Notes: a model not told the origin generated them from the letters alone. DNA of 63,967 nt, filler included, from Vicugna vicugna (GCA_013265495.1; 80 parts of 79 records of this genome joined end to end with filler, not necessarily neighbours in it), one strand, 5' to 3'. Positions 24,634-38,609 are shown, counted from the first letter of the whole stretch. Numbers and translations are program-made.

Positions 24634-25056
24634 TTGAATACAGAATACTGAATATAGAATTTAGAATACAGAATATAGGACTCAGAATATAGAATATAGA
24701 AAATGAATGCAGAATATAGAATTTAGCATATAGAATGAAGAACACAAAATATTGAATATATAAAAAAGGATATAAAACCTAGAATTTATTAATGGAATGC
24801 CCAACACAGAATTTAGAATATAGAATACGGAATAGTGAATATAGAAATTAGAATATATCATGCAGAACACATAATTTAGAATATAGAGTACAGAATACTG
24901 AATATAGAATTTAGAATATATAATACAGAATACTGAATATAGAATTTAGAATATACAATGTAGGATACAGCATATAGTATATAGAATACGGAATACAGTA
25001 TATTGTATATATAGAATATAGAATGAATAACACAAAATATAGGATATACATTAGAG
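24634..25056 (+). repeat. SatF heptamer satellite
   Basis: AGAATAT register. Confidence 0.88.
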
Positions 25057-25156
25057 NNNNNNNNNNNNNNNNNNNNNNNNNNNNNNNNNNNNNNNNNNNN
25101 TTAATTAATTAANNNNNNNNNNNNNNNNNNNNNNNNNNNNNNNNNNNNNNNNNNNN

Positions 25157-25615
25157 ATCTTTATTTTCCTCATTTAAGTGACAACATAGATTGTTTTTCT
25201 CTGTATGAATTATTTTCCTATTTTCAACACTTTCTGGGTCCAGTCAAATTTTTCCAAATGGCAGAATTTTATTTTTTGATATGACAATGACTAAGAATTT
25301 ATTATGTTATCTATATCTCACATCAACTTCAGCCAATCATCTATTGATGGGCAGTTGAGTTGTGCTTCTCTCCTTGGCTACTATAAATGATGATGAACAT
25401 TGTGTGTAATATATCCTTTAAGTCAATGTTTTCTATTTTTTTCAGATTTATACCCAGAACTAATTGCTGCAAAATATAATGCTTCTATTTCTAGTTTAGT
25501 TTTCTCTGTCCACCCTTTTATAACAGTGGATGCATCAATTTATATTTCCACCAGCAGTGAATATTTGTCTCCCCTTATCCACATTCTTATTAATGTTTGT
25601 CATTTGTAGACATTT
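25157..25615 (-). mobile_element. Old LINE-1 ORF2 3' fragment
   Basis: CATCTATTGATGGGCA...TTGGCTACTATAAAT...TATACCCAG...TTCCACCAGCAGTG antisense L1 motifs. Confidence 0.7.
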
Positions 25616-26496
25616 NNNNNNNNNNNNNNNNNNNNNNNNNNNNNNNNNNNNNNNNNNNNTTAATTAATTAANNNNNNNNNNNNNNNNNNNNNNNNNNNNN
25701 NNNNNNNNNNNNNNNCAAAATTAACGTCTTGCCTTTCCCTAGCAATATTCTTACTCCTTTACTTCATTTACCTCTTTCCTTTTTTCCTTTCCCCGTTTCC
25801 CTCCTCCACAGAAAGAGAATGAGACTCTCAGAACACTAGATTCAAATTACTTTAAATGTTGGCTCATCCCCATGAAATGACAGTGACATTAAAAAAAACC
25901 TGTACACATCCCAGACTTGATTGTATTTGATTTACACACACACACACACACACAAAGGCTACATCCCACTTGCAGAGGGAGAAGGACTACTTTTTCTGAG
26001 TTTTCATTCACTGAGCGTGACGACAAAGTCTCTTACGCAGACATTCACCAAGCTTCGTGCATGGTGTTTCTAATTGGATTTCTGCTTTGTGGCCATAGAT
26101 ATAGTCTCCTAATAGAAGAGAGAAAGTGGAGACATAGAGATTCTTGTGAGATATTGGTGTCATCATATTTGAGTTGGAAAGGACTTATGAGAGCATGGAG
26201 TCGTAACTATTTATGGGTGAGTATCCATGATGGNNNNNNNNNNNNNNNNNNNNNNNNNNNNNNNNNNNNNNNNNNNNTTAATTAATTAANNNNNNNNNNN
26301 NNNNNNNNNNNNNNNNNNNNNNNNNNNNNNNNNGAGGATCTGGAAATGCATCAAGAGGAAATCTACCAGGGAAAAGAAGGAGAAGTAATTCTCAGTTATC
26401 TCCGAGGCTGATCCTAAATGAAAAAAATTTCCTTGGCTTCCAGAATAGACAACCTGCATGGTTCCCTTAGCAGAAGAGTGAGGAGGAGAGAAAACT

Positions 26497-27106
26497 GAAT
26501 GTGTGTGCAAACCATCCTTCACCAACCGTGTTGGAACACAGAATTTTGGTAGGGTTAGGGGCACTGCCTGACCTATAAATATAAGAGAAGGAACAAGCTC
26601 TAATAAGGTTTTTGAGCAAAAAATGCTTTTAACTTTAAACCTACTCTAGGAAACATGCTGAGAAATCATGATAAGTGCTTGAGGTGTAGCCTTGCTGTTT
26701 ACGTTACATAAAGGAATGAGTCACCACATGTACCATTTTGGGAACGGAATCTGTGTTGCAGCCTCCTTCACTTAGGTTTTTGGAAACCCTGTGTTTCTGG
26801 CCACGGGGAATTAGGCTTGTTACATATCTAAGGGGCGGCAAAAACTCCAGGGCTCTTTTCCATTGCAAACCGCTTTTACTTGAGACCGGCTTTAAGAATC
26901 ATGCTGAGAAATCAGAGTAAGTGTTTCTACACATCACTCTACACTTTATGCTGGATGAAAGAATGTCTCACCACATGGTCACCTCTGACATCAGTATGTG
27001 TGTTAGAGACGTCCTTCACATAACTTCTTGGAAAGCCAGAGTTTCTGGTCTATGTCTAGAAGAACTACGCAACTTACATATCTAAGGGGAAGCAATCGCA
27101 GCAATT
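26497..27106 (-). repeat. Highly diverged SatB-like monomers
   Basis: CCTTCAC at 26516, 26765, 27013 (period 249/248); CTGAGAAATCAGAGTAAGTGTTTCT and GCTGGATGAAAGAATGTCTCACCACATG match the SatB reverse complement. Confidence 0.8.
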
Positions 27107-27206
27107 NNNNNNNNNNNNNNNNNNNNNNNNNNNNNNNNNNNNNNNNNNNNTTAATTAATTAANNNNNNNNNNNNNNNNNNNNNNNNNNNNNNNNNNNNNN
27201 NNNNNN

Positions 27207-27725
27207 ACAGCTGAGAGAAAAACAAATAAAAAAAATGAAAACAATATAAGGAACTTATGGGATAATATAAAGCGTGCCAATCAAAGCATAATAAGGGTTC
27301 CAGAAGGGGAAGAAAGAACAAATGGCATTGAAAAGGTATTGGAAGAAATCATGACTGGAAACTTCCCAAACCTAAAGGGGGAATCAGATATCTAAGTACA
27401 GGAGGCTCAGAGGGTCCCAAACAGGAAGAACCCAAACAGACACACACCAAGACACATNNNNNNNNNNNNNNNNNNNNNNNNNNNNNNNNNNNNNNNNNNN
27501 NNNNNNNNNNNNNNNNNNNNNNNNNNNNNNNNNNNNNNNNNNNNNNNNNNNNNNNNNNNNNNNNNNNNNNNNNNNNNNNNNNNNNNNNNNNNNNNNNNNN
27601 NNNNNNNNNNNNNNNNNNNNNNNNNNNNNNNNNNNNNNNNNNNNNNNNNNNNNNNNNNNNNNNNNNAAAAAAGATGCAGTCTAGGATACTCCATCCAGCA
27701 AGGCTATCCTTTAGGATAAAAGGAG
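27207..27725 (+). mobile_element. LINE-1 ORF1 fragment
   Basis: Same family as 22280-22716 (AACTTCCCAAACCTAAAG...GAATCAGATATC...CCCAAACAGGAAGAACCCAAAC). Confidence 0.92.
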
Positions 27726-27825
27726 NNNNNNNNNNNNNNNNNNNNNNNNNNNNNNNNNNNNNNNNNNNNTTAATTAATTAANNNNNNNNNNNNNNNNNNN
27801 NNNNNNNNNNNNNNNNNNNNNNNNN

Positions 27826-28676
27826 TGTTCCAAGTTGGGGATTTGGTTTAAAAACTCCACTGCCCATAGTTGGGAACTCCCTAAACCTTGCCTTTAGAGC
27901 CCATCCCCCACATTCGCTCACAGCCCGGCCTAGGTAAACACTCAAGGAGGTCAAGGTAACGGATTCTATTAGACCCCAGGTGCTGCTGTCATTTGGAGGG
28001 AACTCCCACCATTCAGGATAGAAGAACACTTCCTCCTTTGTGTGCNNNNNNNNNNNNNNNNNNNNNNNNNNNNNNNNNNNNNNNNNNNNNNNNNNNNNNN
28101 NNNNNNNNNNNNNNNNNNNNNNNNNNNNNNNNNNNNNNNNNNNNNNNNNNNNNNNNNNNNNNNNNNNNNNNNNNNNNNNNNNNNNNNNNNNNNNNNNNNN
28201 NNNNNNNNNNNNNNNNNNNNNNNNNNNNNNNNNNNNNNNNNNNNNNNNNNNNNNNNNNNNNNNNNNNNNNNNNNNNNNNNNNNNNNNNNNNNNNNNNNNN
28301 NNNNNNNNNNNNNNNNNNNNNNNNNNNNNNNNNNNNNNNNNNNNNNNNNNNNNNNNNNNNNNNNNNNNNNNNNNNNNNNNNNNNNNNNNNNNNNNNNNNN
28401 NNNNNNNNNNNNNNNNNNNNNNNNNNNNNNNNNNNNNNNNNNNNNNNNNNNNNNNNNNNNNNNNNNNNNNNNNNNNNNNNNNNNNNNNNNNNNNNNNNNN
28501 NNNNNNNNNNNNNNNNNNNNNNNNNNNNNNNNNNNNNNNNNNNNNNNNNNNNNNNNNNNNNNGTACTGGAGGAAACAGATTCCACGCTTCTTTATGGGGG
28601 AACATGTTTTCCAAGTTTCGGGAAGTAGTTTAAACCTTCCACTGCCCACAGAGATGCACTCGCTAATACTTGGCTT
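27826..28676 (+). repeat. SatD
   Basis: CCACTGCCCATAG...GCTGCTGTCA...CAGGATA shared with 43352-44215. Confidence 0.8.
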
Positions 28677-28776
28677 NNNNNNNNNNNNNNNNNNNNNNNN
28701 NNNNNNNNNNNNNNNNNNNNTTAATTAATTAANNNNNNNNNNNNNNNNNNNNNNNNNNNNNNNNNNNNNNNNNNNN

Positions 28777-29252
28777 GGTGGAACCTCCCCACGCTCAGGA
28801 TTCCGGAATCATTGTCAGTTCCTGTGGGAGATCGAGAGACAACTCCACGAAGCTCTCTTCATTCACATGTGTTCCCTGTTCGGGGAAGTCCGAGAAATAC
28901 CTTCCCTGACCTTGGGGAGGCAGCCTCTGTCACTGGGATATCCTGTAAACCCCCCTAGCATNNNNNNNNNNNNNNNNNNNNNNNNNNNNNNNNNNNNNNN
29001 NNNNNNNNNNNNNNNNNNNNNNNNNNNNNNNNNNNNNNNNNNNNNNNNNNNNNNNNNNNNNNNNNNNNNNNNNNNNNNNNNNNNNNNNNNNNNNNNNNNN
29101 NNNNNTCCACGCAGATCTCTTCAGTCTCAGGTGTTCCCTGTTCAGTGAAATCCGAGAAATACATTCCCTGAAATGGGGAGGCAGCCTCTGTCACTGAGAT
29201 ACCTTGCAACCCCCCTAGCATTCCCTGTCACAGAGATATTAGGAAAATCCTC
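28777..29252 (+). repeat. SatA
   Basis: GGTGGAACCTCCCCACGCTCAGGATTCCGG. Confidence 0.92.
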
Positions 29253-30580
29253 NNNNNNNNNNNNNNNNNNNNNNNNNNNNNNNNNNNNNNNNNNNNTTAA
29301 TTAATTAANNNNNNNNNNNNNNNNNNNNNNNNNNNNNNNNNNNNNNNNNNNNTAGAGAGAGGTGGGGTGATATTACTCAAAGTCACACCGCTAATAAATG
29401 GCAAAGTCTATATCTCTGTTCTTCCCTTTGGCGTGATGCCACAGCTGGGAAGCCCACAGGGTTCTCTCGTGTCTGCCTGAACAGTCCTTTCCTGTCACTC
29501 ATAATCCAATACAGGGTCTGACTCTAGCCTGTCTTTTCAGCATCTTTTCCCTCCAGTCTCGCAGGAACAAGGCGGTTTGGGCCACTGTATGACTTCCGGC
29601 TCCCAGAAAACTCAGTGCTTAGGCTGGTCTTGCCTGTGCATCCGGCCCCCTGCTCAGAGGCTCTTCCTCCCCTGCAGGATGACGTATTCACTCTCCTCAG
29701 GGACACCTCCTCAGGGGAGCCCTCTTCTCGCCCTCAGCACGGCAGGTGTCCCAGGCCACATCCCGAGCTGCCCCATTAGGACTGCGGGTGCCCAGGTCTG
29801 CTAATCAGACCAGCAGCATCAGAGCCAGGGAGTATGCCCTGGCCACCCTGTAAANNNNNNNNNNNNNNNNNNNNNNNNNNNNNNNNNNNNNNNNNNNNNN
29901 NNNNNNNNNNNNNNNNNNNNNNNNNNNNNNNNNNNNNNNNNNNNNNNNNNNNNNNNNNNNNNNNNNNNNNNNNNNNNNNNNNNNNNNNNNNNNNNNNNNN
30001 NNNNNNNNNNNNNNNNNNNNNNNNNNNNNNNNNNNNNNNNNNNNNNNNNNTTCTCAACACTTTCTGATGACACCCTCCCACCCACAATACTCATATGCTC
30101 AAGACCTTTGGGTCCACGTGATTTTGTTTCTCTGACGCTAAGGGGCTCAAAACACTGCGGGATTCTTTCTCTTTTGAGGGTATTTTTACTCAGTATATAG
30201 GATTTAACCTGTTTTTGTCTCTGTCTTCAGTATCCCTAGCAGTTGCCACTTCTTATTCCCTTCAGCAGCCTCCCTTCCAACATCTAGTCTAGGAAATCTG
30301 TGATGAGGGGCCCAGGGGCAGTCACAGAAGATGCAACTAAGGCACAGAGAGGCTACATAATTTGCCCAAGAAGATCAGTTTCAACCCCAAACAGTGTGTG
30401 TCAAGGCCCTCTGTTAAACTCTTACGCTAAGCAAGCTTTTTGTAGATTATGGTTATAAACAGATGAGGTATAAAAATACANNNNNNNNNNNNNNNNNNNN
30501 NNNNNNNNNNNNNNNNNNNNNNNNTTAATTAATTAANNNNNNNNNNNNNNNNNNNNNNNNNNNNNNNNNNNNNNNNNNNN

Positions 30581-31284
30581 TTTGTGTTCCCTTCAAGCTA
30601 GGTGAAGGAAGTCTTTCAAACACACATATTTCTCAGAACTGAGTATGTGGAGAGAAGTTCGTTCATCCAGCCCCAAGGGAACGGATTGCAGGGAAAACAC
30701 TTACTCTTTTTTCTCAGTCTGTTTCCTAGGGCCGGTTTGAACTGCCTGCCGTTTTCACTGTAAAACCGTGATGGAGCTTGTACCTCCCCATATATACGTA
30801 TGGATTGGATTTGGCAACTTATTAGAAACTTTGTGTTCCCTTCAAGCTGGGTGAAGGACGGCTTTCACACACACTTATCTCTCAGTACTGAGCATGTGGA
30901 GAGACGTTCGTTCATCCAGCACCAAGGGAACGGGTTGCAGGAGAAACNNNNNNNNNNNNNNNNNNNNNNNNNNNNNNNNNNNNNNNNNNNNNNNNNNNNN
31001 NNNNNNNNNNNNNNNNNNNNNNNNNNNNNNNNNNNNNNNNNNNNNNNNNNNNNNNNNNNNNNNNNNNNNNNNNNNNNNNNNNNNNNNNNNNNNNNNNNNN
31101 NNNNNNNNNNNNNNNNNNNNNNNNNNNNNNNNNNNNNNNNNNNNNNNNNNNNNNNNNNNNNNNNNNNNNNNNNNNNNNNNNNNNNNNNNNNNNNNNNNNN
31201 NNNNNNNNNNNNNNNNNNNNNNNNNNNNNATGCCTGCCATTTTCACTGTAAAACCGAGTTGCAGCTTGTACATCCCCATATATA
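30581..31284 (+). repeat. SatB
   Basis: TTTGTGTTCCCTTCAAGCT at 30581 and 30830 (period 249). Confidence 0.92.
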
Positions 31285-31384
31285 NNNNNNNNNNNNNNNN
31301 NNNNNNNNNNNNNNNNNNNNNNNNNNNNTTAATTAATTAANNNNNNNNNNNNNNNNNNNNNNNNNNNNNNNNNNNNNNNNNNNN

Positions 31385-31489
31385 TAACGGAAAGCCTAAG
31401 CTCGTCTCCCCTGAGGCTTTTTTTAATGTTTCTGTGCCTGGGAAATCTAGGGGGGTTTGCAGGATATCCCAGTGTCAGAGGCTGCCTCC
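31385..31489 (-). repeat. SatA partial monomer
   Basis: GCCTAAGCTCGTCTCCCCTGAGG...GATATCCCAGTG. Confidence 0.88.
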
Positions 31490-31589
31490 NNNNNNNNNNN
31501 NNNNNNNNNNNNNNNNNNNNNNNNNNNNNNNNNTTAATTAATTAANNNNNNNNNNNNNNNNNNNNNNNNNNNNNNNNNNNNNNNNNNNN

Positions 31590-32411
31590 TATAGAATGAT
31601 GAACACAAAATATACAATATAGAACAGAGAATATGGAACCCAGAATTTAGAACATGGAATGGAGAACACAGAGTTTAGAATATAGAATTCAGAATACTGA
31701 ATATCGAATTTAGAATATGAATGTAGAACACAGTATATGGAATGTAGAATACGGAATGCAGAATATTGAATACAGAATATAGAATATAGAACACAGAATT
31801 TAGAATAAAGAATAAGGAATTCTGAATATAAAATTTAGAACATAGAACGTACAACACAGAATAGAGAATATAGAATAGAGAATATAGAACCCAGAATTTA
31901 AAACATGGAATGCAGAACACAGAATTTAGAATAAAGAATAAGGAATTCTGAATATAAAATTTAGAACATAGAACGTACAACACAGAATAGAGAATATAGA
32001 ATAGAGAATATAGAACCCAGAATTTAGAACATGGAATGCAGAACACAGAATTTAGAATATAGAATACAGAATACTGAGTATAGAATATAGAATATAGTAT
32101 GTAGAACACAGAATATAGAATATAGACTACGGAATGCAGAATATAGAATAAAGAATATAGAATGATGAACACAANNNNNNNNNNNNNNNNNNNNNNNNNN
32201 NNNNNNNNNNNNNNNNNNNNNNNNNNNNNNNNNNNNNNNNNNNNNNNNNNNNNNNNNNNNNNNNNNNNNNNNNNNNNNNNNNNNNNNNNNNNNNNNNNNN
32301 NNNNNNNNNNNNNNNNNNNNNNNNNNNNNNNNNNNNNNNNNNNNNNNNNNNNNNNNNNNTGAATAAAGACTTCGGAATGCAGAATATAGAATATAGAATA
32401 TAGAATGATGA
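31590..32411 (+). repeat. SatF heptamer satellite
   Basis: 126-bp (18x7) duplication, ATAAAGAATAAGG at 31805 and 31931. Confidence 0.9.
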
Positions 32412-32511
32412 NNNNNNNNNNNNNNNNNNNNNNNNNNNNNNNNNNNNNNNNNNNNTTAATTAATTAANNNNNNNNNNNNNNNNNNNNNNNNNNNNNNNNN
32501 NNNNNNNNNNN

Positions 32512-32988
32512 AAGGAATCATGAAGAAATGAAAATCTAAAATCTGAATTGACTAATTACTAGTAAGGCAATTAAAATAGTGATAAAAATTTTCCCAAGAA
32601 AAAAAATCTCAGGGCAAGATGGCTTCACTGGCAAATTCTAAAAAAACAACAAATAAACAAACAAAACATTTAAAGAAAAAACATTTAGAAGAGGAGAGAA
32701 ACCATCTAAGAACATTTTATGAAACTGGTATTGCTCTGAAACCAAAACCAGAGAAGAACATCATCAGAAAAAAAAAAAATCACAAGCCAATATCCTTGAT
32801 GACACAGATGCAAAAATCCTCAACAAAATAATAGGAAATTGAGTGCAAAATACATTAAAATAATCATATAACACAATCAAGTAGGATTTATTCCTGAGAT
32901 GCAAGGATGGTCCAACATCAGCAAATTAATTATAATGATATATCATATTAACAAAAATGAAGAATAAAAATAAAATAATCATCTCAAT
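32512..32988 (+). mobile_element. Old LINE-1 ORF2 fragment
   Basis: GATGGCTTCACTGG, CCAATATCCTTGATG...GATGCAAAAATCCTCAACAAAATA, GGATTTATTCCTGAGATGCAAGGATGG. Confidence 0.9.
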
Positions 32989-33326
32989 NNNNNNNNNNNN
33001 NNNNNNNNNNNNNNNNNNNNNNNNNNNNNNNNNNNNNNNNNNNNNNNNNNNNNNNNNNNNNNNNNNNNNNNNNNNNNNNNNNNNNNNNNNNNNNNNNNNN
33101 NNNNNNNNNNNNNNNNNNNNNNNNNNNNNNNNNNNNNNNNNNNNNNNNNNNNNNNNNNNNCCTCGCGTAAGCCCCCCCACCAGAAGGCCCGGGGAGGAGG
33201 CGCGGCCCAGGAGGCGGGGACCGGGCNNNNNNNNNNNNNNNNNNNNNNNNNNNNNNNNNNNNNNNNNNNNTTAATTAATTAANNNNNNNNNNNNNNNNNN
33301 NNNNNNNNNNNNNNNNNNNNNNNNNN

Positions 33327-35525
33327 TGTATTCTGTATTGTATATTCTATATTCTGTGTTCTGCATTCCATTTTCTAAATTCTTGTTTCTGTATTCTTTA
33401 TTCTATATTCTATAATCATTGTTCTGCATTCCGTGTTCTAAACACTGGGTTCTGACTTGTGTATTCTATATTCTATATTCTGTCTTCTACATTCAGTATT
33501 TTACATTCTATATTCTGTATTCTGTATTCTATATTCTAAATTCTGTGTACTGAATTCCATGTTTAAATTCTTGGTTCAGTATTCTGTATTCTGTAGTCTA
33601 TAATCTGTGTTCTGGATTCCAAGTTCTTTATTCTGGGTTCTGTATTCTGTATTCAGTATTCTATATTCTGTGTTCTACATTCTCTATTGTACATTGTATA
33701 TTCTGTATATTTTATTCCATATCCTATGTTCTGCATTTCATTTTCTGGATAATGGGTTCTGTGTTCTGTATTCTATATTCTATATAGTGTGTTTTGAAAT
33801 CAATGTTCTAAATTCTGGGTTCTGTATTCTTTATTCTATATTCTATATTCTGTGTTGTACATTCTATATTCTACATTCTATTTCTGTATTCTATATTCTA
33901 AATTCTGTGTCCTGAATTCCATGTACTAAATTCTGATTTCTGTATTCTGTATTCTATATTATGTATTCTGTGTTCTACATTCTATATACTATATTCTGTA
34001 TTCTGTATTCTGTATACTATATTCTGTGCTCTGCATTCCATATTCTATACTGTATTGTATATTCTATATTCTGTGTTCTGCATTCCATGTTCTANNNNNN
34101 NNNNNNNNNNNNNNNNNNNNNNNNNNNNNNNNNNNNNNTTAATTAATTAANNNNNNNNNNNNNNNNNNNNNNNNNNNNNNNNNNNNNNNNNNNNTATACT
34201 GTACTCTATGATCTGTGTTTTTCATTCTGTATTCTACACACAATATTCTGTGTACTGTATTCTATATTCTAAATTCCGGGTTCTACATTCTATATTTTCA
34301 ATATATATTCTGTATTCTGAACTGTATATTATTAATTCTCTGTTCTAAATTCCATGTTCTAAATTCTGGGTTCTCTAGTCTGCATTTTATATACTGTGTT
34401 CTACATTNNNNNNNNNNNNNNNNNNNNNNNNNNNNNNNNNNNNNNNNNNNNNNNNNNNNNNNNNNNNNNNNNNNNNNNNNNNNNNNNNNNNNNNNNNNNN
34501 NNNNNNNNNNNNNNNNNNNNNNNNNNNNNNNNNNNNNNNNNNNNNNNNNNNNNNNNNNNNNNNNNNNNNNNNNNNNNNNNNNNNNNNNNNNNNNNNNNNN
34601 NNNNNNNNNNNNNNNNNNNNNNNNNNNNNNNNNNNCTATATTCTATGACTTCTGAAATCCATGTTCTAAATCCTGGTATCTGTATTCTGTATTGTATATT
34701 CTATAGTCTGTGTTCTGCATTCCATGTTCTATATTCTGGTTTCTGTATTCTTTATTCTATATTCTATTCTCTTTGTTATGCATTCCGTGTTCTAAATACT
34801 GGCTTCTGACATGTGTATTCTATNNNNNNNNNNNNNNNNNNNNNNNNNNNNNNNNNNNNNNNNNNNNTTAATTAATTAANNNNNNNNNNNNNNNNNNNNN
34901 NNNNNNNNNNNNNNNNNNNNNNNGCAGAATATAGAATAAAGACATCGGAATGCAGAATATAGAATACATAATATACAATGTAGAACACAATATAGAATAT
35001 GGAAAACAAAATACAAGTCACAGAATTGAGAACATGGAATGCAGAACACAGAATTTGTAATATAAAATAGAGAATACTGAATATAGAATTAAGAATATAG
35101 AATGAAGAACAAAGAATATAGAATATATAATATAGAATATAGAACACAGAATTTGGAACATGGAGTGCAGAACACAAAATTTAGAATATAGAATACCGAA
35201 TTCTGAATATAGAATATGAATATACAATGTAGAGCACAGAATTTAGAATATAGAATAAAGAATACTGAATATAGGATTTATAATATACAATGTAGAACAC
35301 AGAATATAGAATACGGAATGAAGAAGAAAGAATACAGATAATAGAATGTAGAACACAGAATACAGAATATGGAAAACAGAATACAAAACCAAGGATTGAG
35401 AACATGGAATGCAGAACATAGAATTTAGAATAAAGAAAAGAGTATACTGAATATAGAATTTAGAATATACAATGTAAAACACAGTATATAGAATATAGAC
35501 TACGGAATGCAGAATATAGAATATA
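33327..35525. repeat. SatF (three scaffolds: 33327-34094 -, 34195-34823 -, 34924-35525 +)
   Basis: ATATTCT/AGAATAT heptamer register throughout. Confidence 0.88.
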
Positions 35526-35625
35526 NNNNNNNNNNNNNNNNNNNNNNNNNNNNNNNNNNNNNNNNNNNNTTAATTAATTAANNNNNNNNNNNNNNNNNNN
35601 NNNNNNNNNNNNNNNNNNNNNNNNN

Positions 35626-36210
35626 CATGTTGTGGGGTTTTGGTTAATAACCTCAAAATCCCATGGAGAATAACTCGCTAATGCTTGGATTTAGAGCCCA
35701 ACCCACCCTTTACCCAGCACTCCGTATCAGGCAACCAAAAAGGGTAGACAAGTTAAGCGATTTTATAAGAACCAAGGCCCTGCTCTCAGTTGGAGGAGGC
35801 TGCCCACTATCAGGATATCTGTGCAAGTGTTCGTGTGTGTGCTGGAGGTNNNNNNNNNNNNNNNNNNNNNNNNNNNNNNNNNNNNNNNNNNNNNNNAGGT
35901 TAGGGATTTAAACACCTCCACAAACCATAGAGAGGTCATCGCAAATACTTGGTTTTGGAGCCCAAACCACACTTTCCCCCGCACTCCCGCCTAGGCTTTC
36001 CATCAGGGAAGACAAGACAAGCNNNNNNNNNNNNNNNNNNNNNNNNNNNNNNNNNNNNNNNNNNNNTTAATTAATTAANNNNNNNNNNNNNNNNNNNNNN
36101 NNNNNNNNNNNNNNNNNNNNNNAGAGTCCACGCTTTTTTCAAGGAGCACAGCTATTACCATGTTCTGGGCTTTGGTTAATAACCTCCAAATCCCATGGAG
36201 ATGCACTCGC
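35626..36210 (+). repeat. SatD (two scaffolds: 35626-36022 and 36123-36210)
   Basis: AATAACCTC...CCCATGGAG...CTCGCTAAT...AGAGCCCAAC shared with 43352-44215. Confidence 0.78.
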
Positions 36211-36310
36211 NNNNNNNNNNNNNNNNNNNNNNNNNNNNNNNNNNNNNNNNNNNNTTAATTAATTAANNNNNNNNNNNNNNNNNNNNNNNNNNNNNNNNNN
36301 NNNNNNNNNN

Positions 36311-38245
36311 TTTACAGTGAAAACTGCAGGAACTTCCAACCGGCACTAGGAAAAAACTGAGAAACCACAGTAAGTGTTTCCCTGCAACCTGTTCCCTTTG
36401 TGCTAGATGAACGAACGTCTCTCCACAAGCTCAATTTTGAGAGTTAAGCGTGTGTGAAAGCCGTCCTTCACCTAGCTTGTTGGGAACACAAAGTTTCTNN
36501 NNNNNNNNNNNNNNNNNNNNNNNNNNNNNNNNNNNNNNNNNNNNNNNNNNNNNNNNNNNNNNNNNNNNNNNNNNNNNNNNNNNNNNNNNNNNNNNNNNNN
36601 NNNNNNNNNNNNNNNNNNNNNNNNNNNNNNNNNNNNNNNNNNNNNNNNNNNNNNNNNNNNNNNNNNNNNNNNNNNNNNNNNNNNNNNNNNNNNNNNNNNN
36701 NNNNNNNNNNNNNNNNNNNNNNNNNNNNNNNNNNNNNNNNNNNNNNNNNNNNNNNNNNNNNNNNNNNNNNNNNNNNNNNNNNNNNNNNNNNNNNNNNNNN
36801 NNNNNNNNNNNNNNNNNNNNNNNNNNNNNNNNNNNNNNNNNNNNNNNNNNNNNNNNNNNNNNNNNNNNNNNNNNNNNNNNNNNNNNNNNNNNNNNNNNNN
36901 NNNNNNNNNNNNNNNNNNNNNNNNNNNNNNNNNNNNNNNNNNNNNNNNNNNNNNNNNNNNNNNNNNNNNNNNNNNNNNNNNNNNNNNNNNNNNNNNNNNN
37001 NNNNNNNNNNNNNNNNNNNNNNNNNNNNNNNNNNNNNNNNNNNNNNNNNNNNNNNNNNNNNNNNNNNNNNNNNNNNNNNNNNNNAACCGGCACTAGGAAA
37101 CAGACTGAGAAACCAGAGTAAGTGTTTCTCCTGCAACCCGTTCCCTTTGTGCTGGATGAACGAACGTCTCTCCACATGCTTATATCTGAGAGATAAATGT
37201 GTGAAAGCCGTCCTTCACCTAGCTTGAAGGGAACACAAAGTTTCTTGTCAATTTCAAACTCCATTCCATACATATATATGGGGAGGAACAAGTTCCAACT
37301 CAGTTTTACAGTGCAAACCGAAGGAACTTCAAACTGGAAATAGGAAACAAACTGAGAAACCAGAGTAAAGGTTTCTCCTGCAACCNNNNNNNNNNNNNNN
37401 NNNNNNNNNNNNNNNNNNNNNNNNNNNNNTTAATTAATTAANNNNNNNNNNNNNNNNNNNNNNNNNNNNNNNNNNNNNNNNNNNNTGAAGTACGGCTTTC
37501 ACACACAATTATCTCTCAGAACTTAGCATGGGAAGAGACGTTTCTTCATCCAGCACAAAGGGAACGTGTTGCAGGAGAAACACTTACTCTGGTTTCTCAG
37601 TCTGCTTCCTAGTGCCAGTTTGAAGTTCCTTCATTTTTCACTGTAAAACCGAGTTGGAGCTTGTACCTCCCCATATATATTTATGGAGTGGAGTTTGCAA
37701 CTGAAAAGAAACTTTGTGTTCCCTTCAAGCTAGGTGAAGGACGGCTTTCACACACACTTATCTCTCAGAACTGAGCATGTGGAGAGACGTTCGTTCATCC
37801 AGCANNNNNNNNNNNNNNNNNNNNNNNNNNNNNNNNNNNNNNNNNNNNNNNNNNNNNNNNNNNNNNNNNNNNNNNNNNNNNNNNNNNNNNNNNNNNNNNN
37901 NNNNNNNNNNNNNNNNNNNNNNNNNNNNNNNNNNNNNNNNNNNNNNNNNNNNNNNNNNNNNNNNNNNNNNNNNNNNNNNNNNNNNNNNNNNNNNNNNNNN
38001 NNNNNNNNNNNNNNNNNNNNNNNNNNNNNNNNNNNNNNNNNNNNNNNNNNNNNNNNACGGGTTGCAAACCCTTACTCTGGTTTCTCAGTCTGTTTCCTAG
38101 TGCCGGTTTGAAGTTCCTGCGGTTTGCACTGTAAAACCGAGTTGGAGATTGTTCCTCCCCATATATACGAATGGAGTGGAGTTTGCAAATGACAAGAAAC
38201 CTTGCGTTCCCTTCACGCTAGGTGAAGGACGGCTTTCACACACAC
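36311..38245. repeat. SatB (36311-37385 -, 37486-38245 +)
   Basis: 249-bp SatB monomers. Confidence 0.92.
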
Positions 38246-38609
38246 NNNNNNNNNNNNNNNNNNNNNNNNNNNNNNNNNNNNNNNNNNNNTTAATTAATTA
38301 ANNNNNNNNNNNNNNNNNNNNNNNNNNNNNNNNNNNNNNNNNNNNATTTATGTAATCACTAGGATACTGTGAAAATTACATAAACATCCAGTTCATTACG
38401 TGGAACTATAACACTATACACATGTAAAATGGCTCAATATTATTCAGAGGAATATGAACTGATATTTCTATAGATTTTGCAAATATTCTAGAGCTCGAAT
38501 AAGTTTAAAGATTTAAGAGGCAAATTTAAAGGCAGATAGGCATAAATGATAAAATTTTAGAAGATTAAGTAATAGTCATTTTTCTAATTCCTTAGGAGCT
38601 ATACATGTT

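Noticed and set aside
33161..33226. GC-rich CpG-island-like fragment joined to an old L1 piece
   Set aside because: Only 66 bp across an N gap; may be a mis-scaffold, and no promoter can be assigned.
36431..37291. Long ORFs of 200-290 aa spanning gaps (also 23188, 27778, 59092)
   Set aside because: Almost entirely X residues from N runs.
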